Source: Candidatus Pacearchaeota archaeon (GTDB lineage: Archaea > Nanobdellota > Nanobdellia > Pacearchaeales > GW2011-AR1). From it: a DNA stretch of 64,000 nt. The position numbers and the translations under genes were made by a program. The notes beneath the pieces were generated by a model. That model searched no databases, had not been told where the DNA came from, and saw only the letters and a list, made by a program, of their open reading frames with translations. Location of the stretch: positions 271,747 through 335,746 of the forward strand of contig JBBDJQ010000001.1 in the NCBI GenBank assembly GCA_040879765.1, given 5' to 3'. Positions within the stretch are counted from its first letter, which is position 1, and the number at the start of each line of letters is the position of its first letter. Below, one piece after another: positions 49,024 through 57,858 of this stretch.

Positions 49024-49656
49024 ATGAACGAACTAAAGAAGGAACGAAAAAAAAGAGAAGTTAACAAGTTGCCAAAACTTTGGAAGGAGATATTTAGAGT
49101 TTTTATGCTTGATAAAAGAGAAGGATTAAAAGAGCCAGAGATTGTTAAAAAAAAGAAAGATGGCAGAATAAAAAAGTTGACTATTCCACAAAAAAATCAA
49201 ATTAAAAGATACAATTATTTAAAAAATAAGAAAAATAATTTTTTTAAAAAACTTACAGCAGAAGAAATACTTATGCTTGCTGGAATAAAATATTCCGAGA
49301 GAACTCAAACTCATTTAAGGGATCATTTAGAAAAATTATCAAAGAAAAAAATAATTATCAAAGAAAAAGCAAAAGATAGAAAGAATAAATTTCTCTGGAA
49401 AATGAATTATGATTTTAATGAGGGTTTGAAATTATTGTATGAATGTCCTTGGATTCTGGAGGATATGAAGGGAAACGAAGATGCATTTGAATTAAGTATG
49501 GATAATATGAGGCAAAAAACAAAGATTTTGAAAAGTCACGCAAAGACACTTATTGTTTCAAGCAAAGATTCTAAGGAGACAGAGGTAGTTCAGGAGATTT
49601 ATGATAACTGGGAAGATAAAGAACATATGAATGATTTGATTAAAAAATTTACTTAA
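49024..49656 (+). CDS. Putative winged-HTH DNA-binding protein
   Basis: Basic; LTAEEI...LRDHLEKL.KKKII...KFLW. Confidence 0.55.
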   Translation: MNELKKERKKREVNKLPKLWKEIFRVFMLDKREGLKEPEIVKKKKDGRIKKLTIPQKNQIKRYNYLKNKKNNFFKKLTAEEILMLAGIKYSERTQTHLRDHLEKLSKKKIIIKEKAKDRKNKFLWKMNYDFNEGLKLLYECPWILEDMKGNEDAFELSMDNMRQKTKILKSHAKTLIVSSKDSKETEVVQEIYDNWEDKEHMNDLIKKFT

Positions 49657-49722
49657 AATTTACTACCTTTTTTTCTAAAAAAGTTCGGAATGTGATTTAA
49701 TAATAGAAGAATAATATCTTCT

Positions 49723-49875
49723 ATGGAAAAAGTTAACGAACTGATAACTATCAAATTAAAGAAGAGCGATCTAAAGAAAATTCTTCTTCGGAATTGGGAT
49801 TTATTAGATGAAGATACAAAGCGAATGCTCGTTATATCTGAATTGGTCGATGGAGGTTCTTATGATGGGAACTGA
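49723..49875 (+). CDS. Small hypothetical protein (50 aa); absent from ORF track
   Basis: MEKVNELITIKLKKSDLKKILLRNWDLLDEDTKRMLVISELVDGGSYDGN; overlaps next start; preceded by inverted repeat ATAGAAGA/TCTTCTAT. Confidence 0.6.
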   Translation: MEKVNELITIKLKKSDLKKILLRNWDLLDEDTKRMLVISELVDGGSYDGN

Positions 49876-50533
49876 ACAAAAAAGATGTAATAAGTGTGGA
49901 CAGCTTTCTTACAATGGACAATTTAAAGGAAATAGATTTTTCTGTTCTGATTGTTTAGAATATCATAGGATATCTGACGCCGATACTTATGGGGACAAAC
50001 TGTCAAGAGAACAGCTAAAACAAGAACAAACAAGAAAAGCACAAGAACAATTGTTGAGATTAGTTAGAAGAGCCAAGCCAGTGGATTTTTACACAAAAAA
50101 AATAAACAAAACAGGAACTAATTTTTTAGAAGTTGATGTTAGTCCTTATGCACATTCTATTGATTGGGGAAAAATGAGGCAAGATTATGGAGAGCTTTTA
50201 AAAGATAAGGTCTCAGATCCAAAGTTACTCAATGATATTATAAAATATAGGGATAAGATTCTGAAACATAGGCTATCTTGTGATGTTAAATTGCTTTCTA
50301 AAGGGACAGAAGTGGGGGAACTTAAGGTATACCGAATTTTAGTAGAAGATGGACACCATATTGTAAAATTTTGGACAAATAAGGAAGTTGATCCTTCTAG
50401 TGTAAATAATCAAGTATATCTTTTTCAAAGGGAACTAAGTTTAAGTGGAAGGGGTGGAGAAGTTAGAGTTTCAAAAGTTCCCTCTAGATATATCAATATC
50501 GACGAAGTTAAATTAAAATTCAGTTTTTCTTAA
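49862..50533 (+). CDS. Zn-ribbon protein of unknown function
   Basis: SD GGAGGT before ATG 49862; CNKC..CSDC. Confidence 0.7.
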   Translation: MMGTEQKRCNKCGQLSYNGQFKGNRFFCSDCLEYHRISDADTYGDKLSREQLKQEQTRKAQEQLLRLVRRAKPVDFYTKKINKTGTNFLEVDVSPYAHSIDWGKMRQDYGELLKDKVSDPKLLNDIIKYRDKILKHRLSCDVKLLSKGTEVGELKVYRILVEDGHHIVKFWTNKEVDPSSVNNQVYLFQRELSLSGRGGEVRVSKVPSRYINIDEVKLKFSFS

Positions 50534-50534
50534 A

Positions 50535-50750
50535 ATGGATGAACGGTATACCTCCGAAATAATTGGAAACAAAGTTGTAGTTTGGACTATTGCTGGGTTG
50601 AAGTATGTTGGAGAAACTATCTGGATAGATTCTATTTCTATTTGGGTTAAAGATACAATTGCAAGATGTGAAAGGATTATTCCATTAACTGCAATTTCCA
50701 GTATTGAATTAAGATCGACAAATGCTATCTCGGAGGGATATAGAAAATGA
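50535..50750 (+). CDS. Small Sm/Hfq-fold-like protein
   Basis: IGNKVVVWT..G.KYVG....ID...I.V.......IIP..AISSI pattern. Confidence 0.5.
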   Translation: MDERYTSEIIGNKVVVWTIAGLKYVGETIWIDSISIWVKDTIARCERIIPLTAISSIELRSTNAISEGYRK

Positions 50751-51940
50751 AGAGCATAACTCTCGGAGAATTAAGGAAACAAGTTGGAGACTACCTCTAT
50801 ATGGAAGATACTGATTTTTTAGATTTGGTCTTAGCAACCTTTCTTTCTACGAATCAAACAAATTGTAAATTATGGTTATTTATTATTGGAATGAGTGGGG
50901 GAGGTAAATCAGAATTAATTAATCTTTTTGACGATGATAGGAATGGAACATATTTTTTAAACAAAATAACGGCGAATGCAATTATTACAGGATATAAATC
51001 TAAAACCTTCGATACTGATTTGGTTGAACAACTTAGAAATAAAATACTTCTAATTCCTGAAATGGCTTCAATACTTGGGCAAACAAAAGAAAATCGTTCT
51101 CAAATATTAGCTCAATTAAGATCACTTCACGACGGGAAGATGGGAGTTGTGTCAGGTTATGGAAAAGCTAAGAACTATACCAATCTAAATGTTACTTTAG
51201 TCGCTTGTTCAACTCCGATAATTGATAGAATGATTTCACTAGGACAAGAATTAGGATCAAGAGAATTAGTTTATCGTTTAGCTAAAATGGATTCTGAAAA
51301 GTTAATGCAAAGGATAAAAGAAAATTCAAATAAAAATAAATCAAAGATAAGGGAGGAGCTAAAAGAATTAGTCTATTTATTTCTTAAGGAAAGGAAATTT
51401 AATCCGGTTCATATCCCTGAAGAAATAGCAGACAATATCAAAAATTTTGCACATCTATTAACTTATCTTAGAGCTTCTGTAAATATTGATGACAGGACAG
51501 GAGAATTGGAAGGAGAGCCTCATTTAGAAGCTCCCACAAGGGTTTACGATCAATTATTAACTTACTTTCGAGCATTAAAGTCTTTAGATGATAATTACTC
51601 AGATGAAAAAGCGTTAAATCTTATCGGCAAAATAGTGATTTCAAGTGTAGACCCCGTTAGACTAAAAGTTTTAAAATTTCTAATGGAAAACAAATTAGGA
51701 AATATTGAAGGATTCGGAAAGGGACAAATTGCCAATGAAATAAGAATAAGTCCTAAGCGAGTTTTTGGGGAGGCGTGTGTTCTTTCTTGTTTAGATTTTG
51801 TTAGGATGGAATCTGAAGAAATTAAGAAAACTGAGGATAAATATTGGCATAAATTTGAATTAAATTCCGGGAATCCTTTCGTTAGACATCTTGCAAAATA
51901 CTTAGAAATTCAATTAGAACCAGATTACGAAAAAATATAG
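50747..51940 (+). CDS. AAA+ ATPase / putative replicative helicase with C-terminal wHTH
   Basis: GMSGGGKS, ILLIPE Walker B variant, LRSLHDG, VACSTP, GSRE arginine finger. Confidence 0.7.
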   Translation: MKSITLGELRKQVGDYLYMEDTDFLDLVLATFLSTNQTNCKLWLFIIGMSGGGKSELINLFDDDRNGTYFLNKITANAIITGYKSKTFDTDLVEQLRNKILLIPEMASILGQTKENRSQILAQLRSLHDGKMGVVSGYGKAKNYTNLNVTLVACSTPIIDRMISLGQELGSRELVYRLAKMDSEKLMQRIKENSNKNKSKIREELKELVYLFLKERKFNPVHIPEEIADNIKNFAHLLTYLRASVNIDDRTGELEGEPHLEAPTRVYDQLLTYFRALKSLDDNYSDEKALNLIGKIVISSVDPVRLKVLKFLMENKLGNIEGFGKGQIANEIRISPKRVFGEACVLSCLDFVRMESEEIKKTEDKYWHKFELNSGNPFVRHLAKYLEIQLEPDYEKI

Positions 51941-51987
51941 TTTACCGACGATAAACTTATATACTAAATAGACTTTAGATAGACAAT

Positions 51988-53808
51988 ATGATAATAGCCT
52001 TAGATACAGAAACCTACAAATTTAACAAAGAAAAAGAAGTTTATGAGCCTAGTTTGGATGCTAGAGATTTTGTTTTGGGTTGCATTAAAATTGATAAAAA
52101 GAAAAAGCCTTTATGGTTCACAAGCCCTGAAGAAATGTTTGACTTTTTATTGGATTTTATTGATAAAAGAAAAAAGGAAGGACATAATTGTTATATTTAT
52201 GCCCACAATCATTCTTATGATTTATACGCCTATGCAAAGAATAGAATTAATGATGTTGAAATATTAAAAGTCAAACAACAGAAGCCTTTGTTCGCTCTAC
52301 TAAACGAAACTGGCTTGTTATTGGACACATTATCTTTCTATAAATGTCCCTTGAAAAAGGTCGGAAAATTAGTGGGGCTTCCAAAGTTAGAAATGCCTGA
52401 TGAAGTTAAGGATTTATCGGAGTTAAAAGAATATCTCTTAAGAGATGTAGAAATCGTTATGGAGTCTATTAAGATGTTGCGTGATGTCTTGAAGGGATTG
52501 TCTCACCGACCCAAGAAAATGTTAACAGCTGGAAGTTTGGCTATGAATTATTTTAAAACCCATTGTAAAAGGGAGGATTTTGAAGGTATACCTTATTCGG
52601 CTTACTTATATCGGAAAGGGACAATCCATCAGACAAAATATAATAAGTTTATCCGAAGAGCTTTGCGTGGAGGGAGATGTGAATGTTTTAGGCAAGATAA
52701 ATTCAAAAAAGTAAGTATGATTGATATTAATTCTCTTTATCCGTTTGTTATGGCAGAAATTATGAAAATACCAGACATCCTAAAAGAAAGAAGACATTAT
52801 AATATTCAAGGAATGATCCCAGATGAAGAAATTCTTGGAAAGATTGGTGTTGTCAAAGCTAAGGTTAAATTTCCTAAGAAAAAAATGGGATATTTACCAA
52901 CAAAGAATGCAAGAACGGGAAAAGGAATATTTTTTCCTTGCAATGGAGAGGTTGTTACAGGATATTGGACAACTATGGAAATAAATAATGCAATAAAAGA
53001 AGGCTATGAGGTTTTAGAAATATACGAAGCTGTTCTCTATGGGGAGTTACCATTCAATCCATTCACTAAACTAATGAGGGGGTTGTATGATTTAAGGAAA
53101 AAAAGTCAGGAGGAAATGGGTTATGTCATTAAATTATTAATGAACTCTTTAGCTGGGAAATTTGCTCAATATAGAGGGGATACTGAAAGAGCAGTTTGTC
53201 ACAGACAAGACATTTTAGAATATGAAAAAAGTGGGTTTGAGATTCAATCAGACTTAGGAGAGGAATATTTTTTATCAAAAGAAGGAGAGAAGAAAGTTCC
53301 GCCTTATGCTCATCCAATATTTACAATTTTAATTAATGCCTATGCAAGAGATTATCTATATTGGCAAATGAAGAAAATCCCATTTGAAGATTTAGTTTAT
53401 TGCGATACTGATGCGATTGCATTTGTTGGAGATCATTTAGACAAATATGACATTGGAGATAAATTGGGAGAATTTAAAACAGTGTTTGAAAATGAAGCTG
53501 GAGAATTTATCAAGGAAAAGGATTATAGATTTACAGATAAAGAAGGCGAAATATTAAAGGTAGTTTGTGCAGGAAGCACTAACAGAGAACTAACGCAGGG
53601 ACAAAGTTGGGGAGAAGAAGAAATCGTGAATAAGAAAATGTATACTTATAATATGGGTTGTAAAACAGGGAATTTTGATAAGGTTGGATCATTCTTTGAT
53701 GTTCATACGAAAATCAATCCATTAAAGAGAAAGAGAGAAATGAAGTTTCCACCACAATTTGAGGAGTTTACTCCTGAAGATTTGAAGAGTTTTTCTGAAG
53801 AAGATTAA
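51988..53808 (+). CDS. Family B DNA polymerase, protein-primed (pPolB)-like
   Basis: LDTET, AHNHSYD, YLLRD, RGGRCE, DINSLYP, KLLMNSLAGKFAQ, INAYAR, YCDTD. Confidence 0.9.
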   Translation: MIIALDTETYKFNKEKEVYEPSLDARDFVLGCIKIDKKKKPLWFTSPEEMFDFLLDFIDKRKKEGHNCYIYAHNHSYDLYAYAKNRINDVEILKVKQQKPLFALLNETGLLLDTLSFYKCPLKKVGKLVGLPKLEMPDEVKDLSELKEYLLRDVEIVMESIKMLRDVLKGLSHRPKKMLTAGSLAMNYFKTHCKREDFEGIPYSAYLYRKGTIHQTKYNKFIRRALRGGRCECFRQDKFKKVSMIDINSLYPFVMAEIMKIPDILKERRHYNIQGMIPDEEILGKIGVVKAKVKFPKKKMGYLPTKNARTGKGIFFPCNGEVVTGYWTTMEINNAIKEGYEVLEIYEAVLYGELPFNPFTKLMRGLYDLRKKSQEEMGYVIKLLMNSLAGKFAQYRGDTERAVCHRQDILEYEKSGFEIQSDLGEEYFLSKEGEKKVPPYAHPIFTILINAYARDYLYWQMKKIPFEDLVYCDTDAIAFVGDHLDKYDIGDKLGEFKTVFENEAGEFIKEKDYRFTDKEGEILKVVCAGSTNRELTQGQSWGEEEIVNKKMYTYNMGCKTGNFDKVGSFFDVHTKINPLKRKREMKFPPQFEEFTPEDLKSFSEED

Positions 53809-53838
53809 ATATAAATAACTCCTCTTAATATTAAATTA

Positions 53839-54933
53839 ATGGTAGAAAATAAATGGCAACACTTTGTTCCTCAGTTTTATTTTAAATTCTTTTCTGAAGA
53901 CGATAAAAACATCGGAATTTTTAATCTAAAAAGGCAAAGTCATTTTAAGGGAGCATTCGAAAACCAATCTGCTAAAAATTTCTTTTATAGTGAAAATGTT
54001 GAAATAGAAAAATCATTTTCTCCTCTTGAAGGAAAATTTAAGGATGTTTTAAAGAGATTAATCTTGGATGGTTTTAAACAACTAGATTCTCGTGATTATT
54101 TTGAAGTTTTGAGATTTATAACTTTCCAATTTGATAGAACAGAGTTATCAAAAAAAGCCTCTAAAGATTATACTCAAAAGTTTGTAGAGAATGTAATGAA
54201 GCCAATGATGAAGGCTAATAAGGAATTGAGAGAAAAGTTATCTCCTGAAGATATAGACAATGTTAAGATTACTCATCCCGCTGATTTTTTATATAGTGTT
54301 TTGCTCTCCTTGGAAGCGAACATTCTTTTAACAGACTTAGTTCCTGTTTTAATTAAAAATAAGACAGAGGCGGATTTTATTTTTAGTGACAATCCAATTA
54401 TAAAATATAATGGTATTTATTACTCCGAGGGGCATAGTTTTACTGGTTATCAATCGCCGGGACTTTTGGTTTTCTTTCCATTGAATCCCAAGCTTATGAT
54501 TATGTTATTTGATCCTGTTTATTATAATATAAAACTTGAGCAAAATAATGAATTTTCCTTAAATGATTTAGAAGACGTAAGTAAACTCAATAAATTCCAA
54601 TTTCATAATTGTATGAAGAATGTTTACTATTCTGATAAAAAAAGCAAAAAAGGTATAGACCTAATTTCTGAAGAATTTTTTAGTGAATATTCAAAAGGAG
54701 AAAATTTGGCTCAGATGAGGGAAATACCTAATTGGAGAGGTAATGGAAATAGTTTGTTAGTCTCTTCAAGGAAAAGTATCTCTGAAAGAATTAAATTTAA
54801 CTTCTTAAAATATGCTTCTCCAAAACAAACAATAGCCACATTTAGAGATAAAAAATTATGTGATTTATTTAATGAAAAAATAAAAGCAATTGAAGAAATG
54901 ATGGAACTTAAAAAATCTAAGAAAAAGAATTAA
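53839..54933 (+). CDS. DUF4238 domain protein
   Basis: QHFVPQFYFKFF, FFYS..IEKSF..LE, FIFSDNP, FFPLNP. Confidence 0.8.
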   Translation: MVENKWQHFVPQFYFKFFSEDDKNIGIFNLKRQSHFKGAFENQSAKNFFYSENVEIEKSFSPLEGKFKDVLKRLILDGFKQLDSRDYFEVLRFITFQFDRTELSKKASKDYTQKFVENVMKPMMKANKELREKLSPEDIDNVKITHPADFLYSVLLSLEANILLTDLVPVLIKNKTEADFIFSDNPIIKYNGIYYSEGHSFTGYQSPGLLVFFPLNPKLMIMLFDPVYYNIKLEQNNEFSLNDLEDVSKLNKFQFHNCMKNVYYSDKKSKKGIDLISEEFFSEYSKGENLAQMREIPNWRGNGNSLLVSSRKSISERIKFNFLKYASPKQTIATFRDKKLCDLFNEKIKAIEEMMELKKSKKKN

Positions 54934-55195
54934 CTTCTTTCTGCAATTTTTTGCCCTTATCTGTAATTTGATAGAGTTTATTGTAAGGGTCGTTCTTGTT
55001 AAGACAAATGACTAATTTTTGTTCTTCGAAGTCTCTTAAATGTCTGCTCATTTCTCTCAGACTGATTGTATGTTCAAGCTTTTTCCTAAGCTTATTCGAC
55101 ATAAATGGATCGGAAGGAAGACTAAGAAAAACATCCTTTCTTTGATTGCCTCTAAGCATCCATATAGCTTCTTTAGTCACTTTTTGCATTGACAT
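54917..55195 (-). CDS. Winged-helix transcriptional regulator
   Basis: ISLREMSRHLRDF...LVICLN...YQITDKG. Confidence 0.75.
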   Translation of the reverse strand: MSMQKVTKEAIWMLRGNQRKDVFLSLPSDPFMSNKLRKKLEHTISLREMSRHLRDFEEQKLVICLNKNDPYNKLYQITDKGKKLQKEVNSFS

Positions 55196-55272
55196 TAGGT
55201 AGACAAGAGCCTATAAATTGGGGATTGACAACAGATAGATAGATTTAAATAATAAATTTGATAAGAAAAAGT

Positions 55273-55371
55273 ATGGATTCAGAAATTTGGCTCTGGGAAA
55301 CTATTCCTTATATCTTTGGTTTACTAATCGGAGTTGGGGTAGTTATCTGGTTAAAGAAAAAGAAAAAATGA
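55273..55371 (+). CDS. 32-aa single-TM peptide; absent from ORF track
   Basis: MDSEIWLWETIPYIFGLLIGVGVVIWLKKKKK; TGA overlaps next ATG (ATGA). Confidence 0.6.
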   Translation: MDSEIWLWETIPYIFGLLIGVGVVIWLKKKKK

Positions 55372-55706
55372 AAGGCGAAGCAACACTTGAAGCAAGAAAA
55401 TTATATAATGCTCTAAAAAAAGAGAAAGTCCCAGCATATTTAGAAAAGTGGGATGGATACAAACATATTGATATAGCTATTCCGGAAGCAATGATTAATA
55501 TAGAAATTGATGGCTGTCATCACAATCTTCACTCATTTCAAGCCTTGGCAGATTTGAAAAGAACTTATCATTCATTCAAAAAAGGTTATTTCACTCTAAG
55601 AATACCTAATTCTCTAATAAGAAATCATTTTGATGAAGTTGTAGATTTGGTTATCGAAATATTGAATGAAAGCAATGATCAATTAGATGAAGAATATTAT
55701 GACTAG
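55368..55706 (+). CDS. DUF559/Vsr-like endonuclease
   Basis: HIDIAIP...IEIDG.HH...D.KR......G...LRIPN. Confidence 0.8.
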   Translation: MKGEATLEARKLYNALKKEKVPAYLEKWDGYKHIDIAIPEAMINIEIDGCHHNLHSFQALADLKRTYHSFKKGYFTLRIPNSLIRNHFDEVVDLVIEILNESNDQLDEEYYD

Positions 55707-55745
55707 TATGAAAAGGATTAAAAATGGCATTTTGTTTTCTTAAAG

Positions 55746-57815
55746 ATGGAAGCAAAGGCAAGTAATTTATTAAGATTCTTGGATGGGACAAAACAATTTT
55801 TTATTCCTAAATATCAAAGACCTTATAGTTGGGAAATAAAACAATGTGATCAACTTTGGAAAGATATTATTAATGCACCTGAAAAAGGATATTTCATTGG
55901 TTCAATCGTTTATGTTGGGAAGGGATTGCAAACAATTACATCTGTTCCAGAATTTTTAGTTATTGATGGGCAACAAAGATTAACAACAATTTCCTTACTA
56001 CTTTATGCACTCAGTGAAGCAATTGAAGAGAACGGGAAGCTAGATTTGGGAACTGATCAAATAAATTCTGAAAAAATTAAAGGTTACTATTTATTCAATA
56101 CTCGAGAAGAAGGAGATATGAAATATAAATTACTTCTTTCTAAAAAAGACAAAGAGACTTTTATGAACTTGTTAGATGGATTAAAATTAGGAGAAGCTCC
56201 TACAAATATTAAAAGAAATTATGAATTTTTCAAATCAAAAATTTTAAAAACTGATTTAAAGAAAATTTATGAAGGAATAGCAAAATTAATGATTATTGAT
56301 GTGGCTTTAGATTATGAAAAAGATAATCCTCAATTGATTTTTGAAAGTTTAAATTCTACTGGCTTAGATTTGACTCAAAGCGATTTAATTAGAAATTTTG
56401 TTCTTATGGGATTAGAGAAAGAAAAGCAAGATGAATTATATTCAAATTATTGGTATCCAATGGAAGAAATGTTCTCCGGTTCAGATTCTCGGGCGGAGTT
56501 TGATTATTTTGTTAGAGATTACTTAACTATGAAAATGAAAAATATTCCAAAAGTAGGAGAGGTTTATGAAGAATATAAAAAATATCTATCTGAAAATAAA
56601 TTAGATCTTTATGAAGCAATTAAAGAACTTAATCAGTTCGCTAAACTTTATACAAATATGATATTCTCTAAATCTAATTCTAAATTAGACGAGATATTTT
56701 CTAATCTAAAAATCTTAAAGGTTGATGTAGCCTATCCTTTCTTATTAAAAATATATGATGATTATAATTCAAATAAAATTTCAATAGAAGATTTCGAATT
56801 AATCTTAAGGAATATTGAAAGTTATGTTTTTAGAAGATTAATTTGTGGTATCCCAACTAATTCAATGAATAAAACTTTTGCAACTCTTTACTCTGAAATT
56901 GAACAAGAAAATTATATTGAAAGTTTTTTGGCAAATATGCAATTAAAAGATTCATATAGGAGACTACCAACAGATGAAGAGTTTACAGCTGAACTTTTAA
57001 CAAAAGATGTATACAATCTTAGGAATAGAAATTATCTTCTTAGAAAATTAGAGAACAAAGATAGAAAAGAAGTTGTTAACGTGGAGAGTTATACTATTGA
57101 ACATATTATGCCACAAAAAGAAGGGCTTACTCCTGAATGGAAGGAAGAGTTAGGAGAAAACTGGAAGGAAGTTCACGAGAAATATTTACACACATTGGGA
57201 AATTTAACCTTAACCGGGTATAATTCTGAATTAAGTTGTAAACCTTTCAAAGAAAAACAAAGCATGGTTGGAGGATTTAAAGATAGTCCAATAAGATTAA
57301 ACAGAGATTTAGCTTTAATTAATTCTTGGAATGAAGAAAACATTTTAGAGAGAGCAAAAAAATTGGCTAAAATTTGTTCCGAGATTTGGAGAGTCCCAAT
57401 TTTATCAGAGGAAATTCTAAATAAATATAGAAAAATTGAGGAGACAAAACAAAAAGACTATACTTTAGAGGATCATATTCAATTAGCAGAAGGAGAGCAA
57501 ATGAAACCTATTTTTGAAGAATTAAGAAAAAGAATACTAAATATTGATTCTTCTGTAAGAGAAGAAATTTTGAAACTATACATCGCATATAAAAGTAATA
57601 CGAATTTTGTAGACATTATACCTCAAAAATCTAAATTGAATTTAACTATAAATCTCAAATTTGATGAAATTGAAGATCCGAAGGGGAGCTGTAAAGATAT
57701 AACTGGACAGGGTAGATGGGGAAATGGAGACGTAAGATTTTCTATTGGTTCAATGGAAGACCTGGATTATGCAATGTTTTTAATTAATCAATCATATGAA
57801 AAACATTCTGAATAA
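55746..57815 (+). CDS. GmrSD-type (type IV) restriction enzyme: DUF262 + DUF1524 HNH + DUF5655-like
   Basis: IPKYQRPYSW, IDGQQRLTT, IFESLNSTG, TIEHIMPQ, LGNLTL..YN. Confidence 0.92.
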   Translation: MEAKASNLLRFLDGTKQFFIPKYQRPYSWEIKQCDQLWKDIINAPEKGYFIGSIVYVGKGLQTITSVPEFLVIDGQQRLTTISLLLYALSEAIEENGKLDLGTDQINSEKIKGYYLFNTREEGDMKYKLLLSKKDKETFMNLLDGLKLGEAPTNIKRNYEFFKSKILKTDLKKIYEGIAKLMIIDVALDYEKDNPQLIFESLNSTGLDLTQSDLIRNFVLMGLEKEKQDELYSNYWYPMEEMFSGSDSRAEFDYFVRDYLTMKMKNIPKVGEVYEEYKKYLSENKLDLYEAIKELNQFAKLYTNMIFSKSNSKLDEIFSNLKILKVDVAYPFLLKIYDDYNSNKISIEDFELILRNIESYVFRRLICGIPTNSMNKTFATLYSEIEQENYIESFLANMQLKDSYRRLPTDEEFTAELLTKDVYNLRNRNYLLRKLENKDRKEVVNVESYTIEHIMPQKEGLTPEWKEELGENWKEVHEKYLHTLGNLTLTGYNSELSCKPFKEKQSMVGGFKDSPIRLNRDLALINSWNEENILERAKKLAKICSEIWRVPILSEEILNKYRKIEETKQKDYTLEDHIQLAEGEQMKPIFEELRKRILNIDSSVREEILKLYIAYKSNTNFVDIIPQKSKLNLTINLKFDEIEDPKGSCKDITGQGRWGNGDVRFSIGSMEDLDYAMFLINQSYEKHSE

Positions 57816-57858
57816 GAATCTTAGTTAACTTTTTAACGCTCCAATCTTTACTACAATT

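Noticed and set aside
51988..53808. Canonical pipolin piPolB
   Set aside because: Motif C is DTD rather than TTD and the protein is only 606 aa; kept as pPolB-like
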